Source: a bacterium
Lineage (GTDB): Bacteria; Zhuqueibacterota; Zhuqueibacteria; Residuimicrobiales; Krinioviventaceae
NCBI GenBank assembly: GCA_963674595.2
Contig: CAXXFV010000029.1
Span: forward strand, 1-64,000
Direction: 5' to 3'
DNA: 64,000 nt
Position numbers and translations under genes: made by a program. The stretch's first letter is position 1. Each line of letters starts with the position of its first letter. The notes below the pieces were generated by a model. It was given only the letters and a program-made list of their open reading frames with translations, was not told the DNA's origin and made no database searches. Below, piece after piece: positions 9,436-19,411 of this stretch.

Positions 9436-10113
9436 TCATCTCTGCGATTTGCCCTGAATCTCTACATATTTAAACAACTTTTTGTCCGACCAGCGGTCCA
9501 CCACCCGGGTGTAAATGTCCAGGTCCCGCAATTGTTTGGCGGACAAATTGGTGGTGATGACTGTGGACAGTAAATTGGCGTAACGGTGTTCCACAAAATC
9601 CTCAAAAGCCGACACCGGAAAATCGTGCTGATACTCACGGCCAAAATCATCCAGCAGCAGCAGTTTACAGTTTTTAAACTCGTCCGCTGCCCGGTTTTTC
9701 TGAAAAAACAGGCTGAACAGGTGATTAATGGACGTAAACTTGACGCTGCAAAAAGGCCGGTATTTAACCGGGTGCCAGCCGTCGTTGTATTCGGATTTTA
9801 CAATGTCGCCCAGTGCAAACACTTTTTTGGCGATATAACACAGGGCCGTGGTTTTGCCCACCCCGACTGTGCCGCTGAGCACCAGTCCCCGGCCGGCCAG
9901 GATGTTGTTTTTCAAATCGCTGACATATTCCTCAACCACACTTTTGCCGGCCAGCCGGTCCCCGTCAATGTTCCAGTACAGCGGCCCAATGTCCATGTCG
10001 ATCAAAAACATCCGCAGTTTCTCAGAGCGAAAGGACGCGAACCGTTGTTTGGCCAGCGCCTCTTTGAGCTGAGGGTCGAGTTGTTTTTGTTTTATTACCT
10101 CCGGAATGTGCAT
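9436..10113 (-). CDS. DnaC/IstB-like AAA+ ATPase (helicase loader)
   Basis: Walker A GTVGVGKT, Walker B LLLLDDFG, HRYANLLSTVITTNL; likely start at ATG 10113 after GAAAGGCGG. Confidence 0.85.
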   Translation of the reverse strand: MHIPEVIKQKQLDPQLKEALAKQRFASFRSEKLRMFLIDMDIGPLYWNIDGDRLAGKSVVEEYVSDLKNNILAGRGLVLSGTVGVGKTTALCYIAKKVFALGDIVKSEYNDGWHPVKYRPFCSVKFTSINHLFSLFFQKNRAADEFKNCKLLLLDDFGREYQHDFPVSAFEDFVEHRYANLLSTVITTNLSAKQLRDLDIYTRVVDRWSDKKLFKYVEIQGKSQR

Positions 10114-10963
10114 GTGCCGCCTTTCGCATGTATTTGGCAATGTTGGTTTTGGCGTTTTCCACGGATTTTGCAGGATTGATCAGCATAAACAGACCGCCGT
10201 TGTTGACAAACCACTCCTGCTGTTTGATATTTTCCACCGCCGTTTTCAGGGCCCGAAACCCGGACATCCCTCCTATCATGTCGCCGCTGCAAATCAGCTT
10301 TAACCGCTTGTATAACAAATAATAAGGATCGTCCTCTTTAAACTGATTGCTCGTCAGCATGGCGTCGTATTCCGGATGAATCTCCAGAAACGACTCGATA
10401 AACCGGAAATCCTGCAGCGGAATTGTTTTCACCAATGCTGCTTTATCTTTTACCGGTTCCCTTACCTCTTCCGTTACCGATACCTTTTCCTGTACCTGTA
10501 ACCTGCCGGGCAGGTAACGGTTACCTAAAGGACCGCCCACATCATTCTGCAAAAGAACATCGGAAATAATATAAACATCGTGCAAAAGGTTGTTTTTGCC
10601 GGGTTCTGTGGATTTTTCCAGACAGATAAGGTCCAGCAGACCGTATTTTTGCAGTTCCTTCAGGGCCTGATTTTTCCGGTTGTGCGCGGTGGAGAGCCGG
10701 CCTTTTTCCTGAAATTCCACAAAGCCCACAAACCACAGTTTTTTACCGTTATCGATCTCCAGCATTTTGTCGCCCAGTTCCTGTTTGGCCTTTTCCAGGG
10801 AAAAATCGGGTCCGCAATAAACCTTGAACAGCGCCTCGTTTTTCGCCAGAATGCCCGCGTGAGAGCACTTGTCCCAGAAAAACATGACAAACAATCGTGT
10901 GGGAATATGGGAAATGGACAGCAGCAGCTTTTCCCATTTTTCCGTATCCGTGAGCCGGGTCAT
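10022..10963 (-). CDS. Putative phage replication initiator/replisome organiser
   Basis: Immediately upstream of the DnaC-like ATPase; N-terminal RLTDTEKW wHTH-like start and low-complexity linker. Confidence 0.55.
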   Translation of the reverse strand: MTRLTDTEKWEKLLLSISHIPTRLFVMFFWDKCSHAGILAKNEALFKVYCGPDFSLEKAKQELGDKMLEIDNGKKLWFVGFVEFQEKGRLSTAHNRKNQALKELQKYGLLDLICLEKSTEPGKNNLLHDVYIISDVLLQNDVGGPLGNRYLPGRLQVQEKVSVTEEVREPVKDKAALVKTIPLQDFRFIESFLEIHPEYDAMLTSNQFKEDDPYYLLYKRLKLICSGDMIGGMSGFRALKTAVENIKQQEWFVNNGGLFMLINPAKSVENAKTNIAKYMRKAAHAHSGGNKTKTTRPSAQRGAGQTTVRVLSL

Positions 10964-11262
10964 GACACGGCCCGCTTGAATGAAAACGGATTATTGGTCC
11001 GGGGCAGGGGTGTGAAACCCGCGTCGGCATCGGACTGCTTTATGGCAACCACATCGTCGATATAGTTTTTTTTGAGATTGAGGAACCGGTCCACCGAACG
11101 CTGACCCAGCCACCAGAAATTTTCATCCGGGTCCGTTTCCACCGGCCGAAATGACCAGTCCGGCAGTTTTTTAAACTCGGCCAGAAACTCTTTCCAGGCG
11201 CCCTGATAATCGGATTTTTCAAACTTCCAGAAAATGCCCGTATCTGTTTGCTGAATAATCAT
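10960..11262 (-). CDS. Hypothetical phage protein
   Basis: ATGA-coupled to neighbours, RBS GGGAGG. Confidence 0.65.
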   Translation of the reverse strand: MIIQQTDTGIFWKFEKSDYQGAWKEFLAEFKKLPDWSFRPVETDPDENFWWLGQRSVDRFLNLKKNYIDDVVAIKQSDADAGFTPLPRTNNPFSFKRAVS

Positions 11263-11732
11263 CGTTCCTCCCCGCCTGTATGGCAGTCTTTATACACGTT
11301 CATCCAGTCGTGATAAGCGCTGATTGGGAAATCCGGATCGATCTCGTTAATCAGCGCAATCATTTGGTTTATGATGCCCATCAACTGGTCCCGATTGGTA
11401 TGCTCTTTTGAAATGGAAAACACCTTTTCCGTGACGGTGATTGAGCCGTCCAGATTGCGGACTTTGTGCCGGCGTTTGTTAAAGTTCTCCTCGACAAAAT
11501 CGATGCCCTGCCGCAGGGTGAATCCCCGGCGGTCCACCAGCCAGTCTTTGATGAGGTGTCCGACCAGGTATTTATACTGCGGCCAGGACGCGTCCCTGCG
11601 GTATGTCGCCACCGACACCAGGATTTTCTGTCCCTCCCGGGCTTTGAGCTTGTGCTCGAAATTGTGTTTATTGTACCAGGGCACCGGCTGCCCGTTTTTA
11701 ACAATACACGGATGGTTTTTGATAATGTTCAT
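11259..11732 (-). CDS. Hypothetical phage protein (weak NinB/Orf-like pattern)
   Basis: RDASWPQYKYLVG motif; translationally coupled to the downstream gene. Confidence 0.55.
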   Translation of the reverse strand: MNIIKNHPCIVKNGQPVPWYNKHNFEHKLKAREGQKILVSVATYRRDASWPQYKYLVGHLIKDWLVDRRGFTLRQGIDFVEENFNKRRHKVRNLDGSITVTEKVFSISKEHTNRDQLMGIINQMIALINEIDPDFPISAYHDWMNVYKDCHTGGEER

Positions 11733-12010
11733 TTGTTCCGCCGTTCAAATGAAATTTATTTTAATTAAACGGTAGGGCGTGGTCCTGCCGCACCGTTGCA
11801 CTGTTCTTCGTCCCACCCTTCGACTCCGCTCAGGGTGACACCGCTCTCCTTAGTCTCTCACAATGTTCACAAAACACACAAAGGATGATTTTAAAATACT
11901 ATTCCTTTGTGCCCTTTGAAAAATTAAATCTCTCCGCTCGCAGGGGATTTGCAATCCCCGGCGGAACCAATGGATTCGGGATTTCATCCCCGATGCCATA
12001 AAGTGTCTCC

Positions 12011-12895
12011 CTTCGACTTATCTCAATGTGACACCTTTCAACAACATTATTATACCTTAAACGCAGAGGCGCAGAGACCGCCGAGGTTCGCAGAGTTTTA
12101 AAAATTCAACATAACCGACACCTCAACTCATTTTTTAAGCATTCATATCAATCCTGTCCAAATTTTCATTGTGACCTTTGTGCCTATGCATTTAAACAAA
12201 TTCATAATCACCGAAAAATTTTAACACCACCGATGCACATGCCCAACCACCTTTGTGCCCATTGTGTTAAAACAATATCCTCTGCGAACTTGAAAAAATC
12301 CTAAAAATTCATCTTTTCCGGTTCATCGAATCCCACCTTAAAATTGCGTACAATGCGGTTGATCAACGCCACCTTTACCGTCATGTCCGAAAATGCCGAT
12401 TTCACCGCTCCCTGCAATGCCGACAATCCAATTACATTGCTGCCGCCCAGCAAAATCTGCGCAAACTCGGCAATATCCGTATCAATCGTTATCGTCAAAC
12501 TCGCATTTTCAATCAGCGTCTTGGCAACCAGGATTTGCGTATCCTTGGCCGGAGTTTTGTTATTGTTCACATCTTGCCTCTTTTTTTACACAAAATTTTC
12601 ATCCGTAACTGTATCGCTCTGTTCTACGTCCCACCCTTCGACTCCGCTCAGGGTGACACCTTTCAACAACATTATTATACCTTCAACGCAGAGGCGCAAA
12701 GGCCGCCGAGGTTCGCAGAGTTTTAAAAATTCAACATAACCGACACCTCAACTCATTTTTTAAGCATTCATATCAATCCTGTCCAAATTTTCATTGTGAC
12801 CTTTGTGCCTATGCATTTAAACAAATTCATAATCATCGAAAAATTTTAACACCACCGATGCACATGCCCAACCACCTTGGTGTCCTTTGTGTTAA
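12011..12895. repeat. ~260-bp direct repeats (12011-12270, 12637-12895) flanking one small gene
   Basis: Near-identical blocks ...GACACCTTTCAACAACATTATTATACCTT...GCCCAACCACCTT. Confidence 0.85.
12301..12570 (-). CDS. Hypothetical protein
   Basis: GTG start with AGAGG RBS; lies between the direct repeats. Confidence 0.55.
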   Translation of the reverse strand: MNNNKTPAKDTQILVAKTLIENASLTITIDTDIAEFAQILLGGSNVIGLSALQGAVKSAFSDMTVKVALINRIVRNFKVGFDEPEKMNF

Positions 12896-13001
12896 AAATA
12901 TTCACAATAGCCAAAAACTTTTTACTCCAACACCGGGACGCCGAAACCTTGGTGTCCTTTGTGTTAAAACAATCTCCTTTACGACTTTGCGTTAAAAATC
13001 C

Positions 13002-13247
13002 CTACAACAACCACGTCTCAAACCCCTCCTCATACACCACCTGCAAGCGCGACCGGCACAACGCACAGACAACAATGCCATACCCGAAATCCTTAATACG
13101 CTCGATCCGCTCCGTATCAATATAACCCGTCACATCGCCGCACTGGGGACAAACAACCGCGTCCGGAGACGACGTGTTATACTCCCGCTCCTCAGGACCA
13201 TAAGGCCCGCCCGCGTCCGGCCCCTGCCCTATTCCGAAAAAGGACAT
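13002..13247 (-). CDS. Small Zn-ribbon protein
   Basis: CPQC ... CALC. Confidence 0.6.
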   Translation of the reverse strand: MSFFGIGQGPDAGGPYGPEEREYNTSSPDAVVCPQCGDVTGYIDTERIERIKDFGYGIVVCALCRSRLQVVYEEGFETWLL

Positions 13248-13435
13248 CCCTTGCTTTCCTTATACTTTTCGATCGCATCCTCCAGCGCCCGGTCCGCTTC
13301 GCTGCCCATCTTGCACAGCAGCACCGCACAAACAACAAACACCAGCCACAAAAAAACAATCACAAAGGTCCACATAAGCAACTCCCAAATGAAACATTCG
13401 TTAAAAAACTGCAGCTTTTTTTCATTTCCCGGCAT
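13229..13435 (-). CDS. Small membrane protein (true start possibly MWTFV)
   Basis: Single hydrophobic helix; GGGAG RBS before the internal ATG. Confidence 0.5.
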   Translation of the reverse strand: MPGNEKKLQFFNECFIWELLMWTFVIVFLWLVFVVCAVLLCKMGSEADRALEDAIEKYKESKGCPFSE

Positions 13436-13471
13436 CTCGCTTCCGTCAATTTCTGTTCACATCCAGCCGCC

Positions 13472-13711
13472 CTACATGGCGTCCTCAATACACAACGAAC
13501 AATAGGTCGTCTCGCCGTCCGGCCCCTCGTCCACCCTGATCTTGCCCGCCTCCTCCAGGTCCTTGCAGATCCGCTCCAGATAAACCTGTGGTTTTTTCAC
13601 CAAAAGCGAACAATCATAAATCTTGACCGCGCCGTAATTATTAATCAGCCACAAAATTTTTTCATGATCAGGAGACATGACACACACCCTCAAGTTGTTC
13701 AATTTTTGCAA
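13472..13711 (-). CDS. Small putative winged-helix protein
   Basis: LERICKDLEEAGKIRV pattern; in operon after the Cro-like gene. Confidence 0.5.
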   Translation of the reverse strand: MQKLNNLRVCVMSPDHEKILWLINNYGAVKIYDCSLLVKKPQVYLERICKDLEEAGKIRVDEGPDGETTYCSLCIEDAM

Positions 13712-13871
13712 TCACCTTTTCATTCACCGGATGCAGCCCGTTTAAAATCCCGGACACATACCCCCGCGTATACCCCAGCTCGTCGGCAATCTGCCGGTGA
13801 TGAATGCCGCTTTCAAACAAAATACGTTTTAAACGCGCCGACTGTTGAACAGATAAAACGTCTCTTTTCAT
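13668..13871 (-). CDS. Cro-like XRE HTH regulator
   Basis: GIHHRQIADELGYTRGYVSGILNG; divergent from the CI-like gene. Confidence 0.8.
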   Translation of the reverse strand: MKRDVLSVQQSARLKRILFESGIHHRQIADELGYTRGYVSGILNGLHPVNEKVIAKIEQLEGVCHVS

Positions 13872-14090
13872 AAAATGGACCTCAACTCAAAAATGAATTA
13901 TATGTTGCTTTTTATATCCAAGTTTTGTAACATAAAAAACGGACATGACGTAAAAACGGCGTGTACCCGAAACTTTTCCCGGCCCTCAAGATTTTGCGAT
14001 CAACAAGGACCGGGAGAACTAAATACCTGCAGAAAAAGCTTCTGCTCACAATTCTTAATTTTTTACTCATTATATCGAGTAACTAAGGTT

Positions 14091-14134
14091 AAAATACATA
14101 GAAAATTCATATATGTCAAGTAAAATATTTGACA
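14091..14134 (-). promoter_or_regulatory. Leftward sigma70 promoter and palindromic operator candidate of the CI/Cro switch
   Basis: Minus strand TTGACA (14119-14114)-17bp-TATTTT (14096-14091); palindrome TGTCAA-N9-TTGACA at 14114-14134 overlaps the CI start. Confidence 0.55.
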
Positions 14135-14523
14135 AATCTAAATTTTTTGAGAATATTACAGCGTTAAGAAAAGAAAAAGGCTGGACGCAAAACCGACTGG
14201 GCGAAGAAACCGGCATGTCCTCCCCGTTTATGACCAACATGAAACAGGGTTCCATGCCCTCAAGCCGGTTTTTAATCAACCTGTTTGATATATTCTCAAC
14301 CAAAGAAAAAATGCTCAGTCCCATGTGGTTGTTTTTCAACATCGGACCGCGATACATCGCTGTTGAAGAATCAAATTTCGACAAAGACACCATCGCCGCC
14401 CTGGACGAAAACGCCACCGACCTGGAAAAACTGTTTTTCAGAATCGAAAAACTCGACCCCCAAAAGCAGCAGGCCCTCATTCAAATGATCGAGGGAATGA
14501 CCTCCCTGCTGAAAATCTCATAA
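14113..14523 (+). CDS. CI-like XRE HTH repressor (no S24 peptidase domain)
   Basis: NITALRKEKGWTQNRLGEETGMS ... SPMWLFFNIG. Confidence 0.8.
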   Translation: MSSKIFDKSKFFENITALRKEKGWTQNRLGEETGMSSPFMTNMKQGSMPSSRFLINLFDIFSTKEKMLSPMWLFFNIGPRYIAVEESNFDKDTIAALDENATDLEKLFFRIEKLDPQKQQALIQMIEGMTSLLKIS

Positions 14524-14611
14524 TCCTCCCCTTTTTAAACCTTCACCACAACAAACCATTCACCCCGTAAATTTCGTGCGTAAAAAAAGTTATAAATTCA
14601 TTAAAAACCGC

Positions 14612-14837
14612 TTGCACAGTGCCGACAAAATTTGTATAATTACTTTATCAGTAAAAGAGGACTGTTTTCAGAACAATATGGTCGGACATGGGAGTTCTGA
14701 AGACATTGACTGATTTACCACCTTAAAAAATTACATTCGGGTAGTCACTGCACTTGCGAGGAAGAGATTGTTGCGTCGGAACCATCATCATATTCCTGTT
14801 ATTTCGTGTTTATATATTTGGGTTGGGTGGGGTGTGG
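14612..14837 (+). ncRNA. Promoter + structured RNA element, copy 2 (full length)
   Basis: TTGCAC-17-TATAAT, ATCAG at 14647, TGTTTTCAGAAC/GTTCTGAAGACA stem, AGGAA/TTCCT stem, 3' TTTGGGTTGGGTG. Confidence 0.75.
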
Positions 14838-14970
14838 GTATAAATTGCCAGCAGTGGCCTGTTTAACTAATAAATTTAAGGACTACTGTAAAAAATTAAC
14901 TTTTTATTTAAAACCTTTAACAGAATTATAGGCTTATCGAAATCAGACAAAAAAATATTATTTTGGGATT

Positions 14971-15870
14971 ATGATGATGGACAATTTAATGGATTTCTTA
15001 CGTTCGCTTGCAAAAATTACAAAAAGTGAATATTTTGCCTTAACAACATTTATTTTAGCAATAATTTCTATTGTTCTAGCCTACATTTTTTATAGAAAAG
15101 GTAGAAAAACCATAAGACTGATTCACAGTCTAACTAGTTATGCCTTAATAGAGAATAATAAATCAAAGTTTCCTCGGTTGAAAATATTTTATGATGATAT
15201 GAATCTAGATAATTTTTCTATAGCTCAATTAATTATAAAAAATTTTAGTAATACAAGTATAAAGGCTGATGACATCGCGCCCTCTGATCCCATAAAGTTA
15301 ACAATTGATGGAGAAGCAGAAATATTAGAAGCAGAGATCATCTATCAAAAGGATAAAACAAATAACTTTCAAATTAATAAAATTGATAAAAATACTATTC
15401 TAATTAAGTTCGATTTCATTGATCCAAAAGATGAAACATCTATTCAGATTTATCATACAGGATTTTCTCAAGCCGATTTAAAAATTTCTGGATCTATAAT
15501 TGGAGAAGACAAACCTTTTTCAGAAGAAGGAAAAAAAAGATTCCAAATAAGTTATCTCTCGTTTAACACTAATATGTTAAAGTTTATTATTGATCCAAAA
15601 TTAAAATGGGTCAGAGTATTATTAGATTTTATAATTGGTATTGGTTTGATTTCATACGCTTTTTTGTGTAAACCAGCAATTTTAAGTTGGCTATTATTGA
15701 TAATAATTGGTATTGGATCACTAATTACTAGTATACGACGAATTTTTAAAAAAGAAAATTTATCTATTGAGAGGATGAAAAGTCTAGAATATTTAGGCGA
15801 TGCAGCTAGTCACAATATTTCCAAAAGATTGCAAAGTGTCTTGAAAGACATAAACAAAACAAAGCCATAG
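14971..15870 (+). CDS. Hypothetical membrane protein (TM - beta-rich domain - 2TM)
   Basis: Long ORF; IIKNFSNTSIKADD / FIDPKD / GSIIG pattern parallels 5582..6697. Confidence 0.75.
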   Translation: MMMDNLMDFLRSLAKITKSEYFALTTFILAIISIVLAYIFYRKGRKTIRLIHSLTSYALIENNKSKFPRLKIFYDDMNLDNFSIAQLIIKNFSNTSIKADDIAPSDPIKLTIDGEAEILEAEIIYQKDKTNNFQINKIDKNTILIKFDFIDPKDETSIQIYHTGFSQADLKISGSIIGEDKPFSEEGKKRFQISYLSFNTNMLKFIIDPKLKWVRVLLDFIIGIGLISYAFLCKPAILSWLLLIIIGIGSLITSIRRIFKKENLSIERMKSLEYLGDAASHNISKRLQSVLKDINKTKP

Positions 15871-16000
15871 GGTCCTGCCGTAGAATGCGGATCTACCTCA
15901 CCATTTATGGAGTACAAAGAGAAAATAGCACATCGGAGCCATAAAACTGCACCCTACAGCTGATAAATATTAAAAGTATCTATTGTGTAAATTTTAATAG

Positions 16001-18322
16001 ATGGAGAGAAAAATGAAAACCATTAGAACATATCTTTATGGCGATTTCTCTATAGACGAAATGGAACTTGAAATACTACACACACCAATCATGCAGCGTC
16101 TCTATAATATCAAACAATTAGGTTTCACTGATCGTGTTTATCCTGATGCTGTACACTCAAGGTTTAACCATGTATTAGGAACATTAGAAAGAGCAGATAA
16201 AATCTTAAAAGGCATTTATACCTCACTCAATAAATCAAATGATATTATTGACTTTAAATATGGCGAAAAAAACAAAATTACCCGTATTGAAATGATTGAA
16301 CATTTAAAAAATAGATGGTTTAGTATTCGTTTAATGGCACTGCTTCATGATCTCACGCATATTCCCTTTGGTCATACACTTGAAGATGAGCTTGGACTTT
16401 TTAATTGTAAACACGATGATCCCAAAAGACAAATAATTTTTTTCAATATTCTTACAGGACAACTGATATATGGCCAGATCATTCGTCACACTCCCGTAAA
16501 GGCCACCAATGGTTTAGTTAATATTATAACAAAAGTGACATACACAAAGTCTGAAGAAGAAGAACTGATTGAAAGATTTATTGAAGTAAAAGACAGAATA
16601 GAAGATTCATATAAAGAAACACCATCCATTCATTTTTTTGATTTATTAGAACAACTTAATTTTGCTATTGTTGCTTTACTTCATCTAAAAAAAATTGAAG
16701 AGAATCACACAAGCAGAGAGATTTCACATGATAGTCTTTTAATCAATAAATTAATGAAAAAAATTGATAATCAAAATAAGACACAACTTGATTTTTCATT
16801 GGGAATTGACGCCTTTTGTGCAGACATTATTGGAAATACTATATGCGCAGATTTATTAGACTACAGTAGACGTGATGCCGTTCTTTCTGGCTTAAAATAT
16901 GATTATGATGATCGCATTTTTAAATACTTTACACTTGTAAGTATTGAAAATAAAGAGCAAGGAATTAATCAAATAAGAGTAGCGCTTCAATTATTTACCA
17001 ATAAGCTACGTCATGATGTTATTTCCGAAATAATTACTATTTTACGAAATAGGTATTTAATAAGCGAAAGAATAATTTTTCACCCTACAAAATGTTCAGC
17101 AGGTGCTATGTTAGGTGAAGCATCTCATTTGTCCGGATTGTTGGGTTGTGATGTGCTACAGTTCTATGTTCTTGATGATAGTGCGTTTTTATTATTTCTT
17201 CAAAATCATATTGATGAGTTATCAAAAACAATATATGAATTTAAAAATAGAATTTTTATTGAAAAAGAAACAGAAAAAATAAATGTTATTGAAAAAATTC
17301 TAATCAAATCAAAGGCTTATATTGAAAAAGAAGAAAACAATTTCCACTTAAATTCAGAAATTTATAAAAATGAAGATATTAATAAACATCTCAAAGAATT
17401 TTTTAATATTGTTGACACATTTGAAGTCCAGAAATCAGATAAATTCGAAATAAATATTATTCCAGCTTTATTTTATATAATGCTTGAAGAAATTGTAATG
17501 CCAGATTTTGTAATTCAAAAATCATTATTACCAATATCATTTCTGAAAAAATTAATTGGCTTAATTGAAGAACGTATATTAACAGCAAAAAGAATTCTCT
17601 GGCAATTGACATCAAGACAGTATTATAAAAGAGTATTTAGAATTGCTGGTATTGATCCAGCTATCTCTGCAGGTTCATGTAAAAATATTGCTGATTTGTT
17701 TTCAAAACCTAATAGGAGATTTCGTATAGAACGTAAAATTGAGAAACAATGTAACATTCCTTATGGATCGGTAATAATTCATTGTCCTATAAAAAAAACC
17801 ATGATGAAAGAAGCAAATGTGATAGTGATTGGATCTGAGCGAAAAGCTCCAATAAGGTTTAAGGAAATAAGGGAATCAGAAGACCATGAACTTTCTGTAT
17901 TAAAACCTTATTCAGATGAAGTTTACTCTATTCAAAATATGTATGAAAAGATATGGAATCTATATGTATTTGTAAATGAAGGTACTCTTAGCAAATTACC
18001 ATTGATTGAACGAATATGTGCCAAGACGCTTGGTGAATATAGTGAACACAAGCCACTTCAAAACAACAAAGAATTAAGCAAAGAGCTAGAGCAGAATTAT
18101 CGCGAAGTGGCATATCCTTTATACGAATGTTTTAGGTATATTGAATCTGAATCATCAAAAGTTAATCCTAGAATTGATTATGAATTAGCAGAATACTTGT
18201 TAGTTCAGGTAAACGAGGCTAAAAAAAGGAATCTATCAATACCTGAACTTCTTGATGGTTATATGAATACATCTCCAAAGGAATCAGGAAATAACAATCA
18301 AAATAAAATTAACAAACTTTAA
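16001..18322 (+). CDS. Large HD-domain phosphohydrolase (SAMHD1/dNTP triphosphohydrolase-like)
   Basis: MQRLYNIKQLG, HSRFNHVLG, LLHDLTHIPFGHTLE, ADLLDYSRRD, FHPTK motifs. Confidence 0.85.
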   Translation: MERKMKTIRTYLYGDFSIDEMELEILHTPIMQRLYNIKQLGFTDRVYPDAVHSRFNHVLGTLERADKILKGIYTSLNKSNDIIDFKYGEKNKITRIEMIEHLKNRWFSIRLMALLHDLTHIPFGHTLEDELGLFNCKHDDPKRQIIFFNILTGQLIYGQIIRHTPVKATNGLVNIITKVTYTKSEEEELIERFIEVKDRIEDSYKETPSIHFFDLLEQLNFAIVALLHLKKIEENHTSREISHDSLLINKLMKKIDNQNKTQLDFSLGIDAFCADIIGNTICADLLDYSRRDAVLSGLKYDYDDRIFKYFTLVSIENKEQGINQIRVALQLFTNKLRHDVISEIITILRNRYLISERIIFHPTKCSAGAMLGEASHLSGLLGCDVLQFYVLDDSAFLLFLQNHIDELSKTIYEFKNRIFIEKETEKINVIEKILIKSKAYIEKEENNFHLNSEIYKNEDINKHLKEFFNIVDTFEVQKSDKFEINIIPALFYIMLEEIVMPDFVIQKSLLPISFLKKLIGLIEERILTAKRILWQLTSRQYYKRVFRIAGIDPAISAGSCKNIADLFSKPNRRFRIERKIEKQCNIPYGSVIIHCPIKKTMMKEANVIVIGSERKAPIRFKEIRESEDHELSVLKPYSDEVYSIQNMYEKIWNLYVFVNEGTLSKLPLIERICAKTLGEYSEHKPLQNNKELSKELEQNYREVAYPLYECFRYIESESSKVNPRIDYELAEYLLVQVNEAKKRNLSIPELLDGYMNTSPKESGNNNQNKINKL

Positions 18323-18326
18323 CAAT

Positions 18327-19283
18327 ATGATTTCTGAACTCTTAAATAAAAAACCATATCTTCAAGCACTCCAAATTTTTCAAGATTGTAATAATAATAT
18401 TAAACAATTTTCACCCACTATACAGGCTTTTATCAGAGAATCAGACACAAAAGACTTACTTTATTCAGTTTCTAACTTTACTGATTCTCTTATTAAGAAA
18501 TATTTTATTAATTCAAATAACCAGCCTCGAATAATAATTTCAAAGATAGCAAAAATAGCAAACTGTAGAATTGTTGCACCGTCTTCACTAAAAACGGGTC
18601 TTTTTATTGATAGTTATATTAAAGGCTCATTAAAAGTCGAAAACGGAAAATTTATAATTAATATAGCACCTAGAATTAAACATTATAAAGAAACAATTCG
18701 TTTTACGATTGCACACGAAATTGTCCATACAATGTTTTATAAAGAAGGTTTAAAACGATATGCAGAATTGAGTTCAGAAAGAGATGAAGAATTCCTTTGT
18801 GATTATGGAGCTTGCAGACTATTACTACCAGATACTTTATTGGCAGAGGAAAATTTTAATAGTCATTCTTTTTTAATACCATCGTTTATAGTTAGTGCCT
18901 CAAAAAAATGGTGGGTACCATATAAAACATTGTGTTCAAGACTATTTGATCCTATATCAAAATATAATAATGATAATATTAATGCTATAATATTATGGAA
19001 GTACAAAGAAAATGAAAAATATATTAATCACGAAAATCTTGTACCTTCTTGGGTGATTACAAGAAACGCATATATACCTTTGAAGGGTAAATGTCATGCA
19101 AAAAAAAATAGCATAATATATTCTTCGTTTAATGAAAAGAATCCATTTTATGAATCTGATTCCTTTGAAAATGTGAGTATAGGGTCTTTAAAAGGAAAAA
19201 TGTTTGTAAATGTTTGTGCTTTCGGCAACATTAATGAATCAAGCAGGTATGTATTAAGTATATTTTATAATAAAAATGAATGA
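18327..19283 (+). CDS. ImmA/IrrE-family Zn metallopeptidase
   Basis: RFTIAHEIVH ... EEFLCDYGACRLLLP; starts 4 bp after the HD gene. Confidence 0.85.
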   Translation: MISELLNKKPYLQALQIFQDCNNNIKQFSPTIQAFIRESDTKDLLYSVSNFTDSLIKKYFINSNNQPRIIISKIAKIANCRIVAPSSLKTGLFIDSYIKGSLKVENGKFIINIAPRIKHYKETIRFTIAHEIVHTMFYKEGLKRYAELSSERDEEFLCDYGACRLLLPDTLLAEENFNSHSFLIPSFIVSASKKWWVPYKTLCSRLFDPISKYNNDNINAIILWKYKENEKYINHENLVPSWVITRNAYIPLKGKCHAKKNSIIYSSFNEKNPFYESDSFENVSIGSLKGKMFVNVCAFGNINESSRYVLSIFYNKNE

Positions 19284-19411
19284 TCTGTTCATCTTGACAA
19301 CGCTTCCCAAGGCACAATTAGATGGGGTATTTACCCCGCGCATTTGAATTGTCATTGTTAGCTTTAAAAAATGAATCCAAACTTACATTTAAAATAAGGA
19401 AGAAATAACCT

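Larger units (their letters stand above)
7272..14523. mobile_element. Phage/satellite-like regulatory and replication module (no integrase or virion genes seen)
   Basis: Divergent CI/Cro-like HTH pair, small overlapping early-type ORFs, initiator plus DnaC-like ATPase; visibly GC-richer than flanks. Confidence 0.65.

Noticed and set aside
7364-11775. Numerous plus-strand and alternative-frame ORFs over the phage-like module
   Set aside because: Shadow ORFs of GC-richer minus-strand genes that carry clear motifs and translational coupling.
7272-14523. Complete prophage
   Set aside because: No integrase, terminase, capsid, tail or lysis genes and no att repeats seen.
14647-14770. Hammerhead ribozyme, T-box or c-di-GMP riboswitch
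   Set aside because: CTGAT is followed by TT, not GA, and there is no conserved GAAA core; no T-box GGTGGNACC and no c-di-GMP consensus.
14647-14837. RNA element as retron msr-msd, IS110 bridge RNA or TnpB/IscB omega-RNA
   Set aside because: No reverse transcriptase, IS110 recombinase, TnpB or IscB in the window and no copy is consistently next to one gene family; a trans-acting partner elsewhere cannot be excluded.
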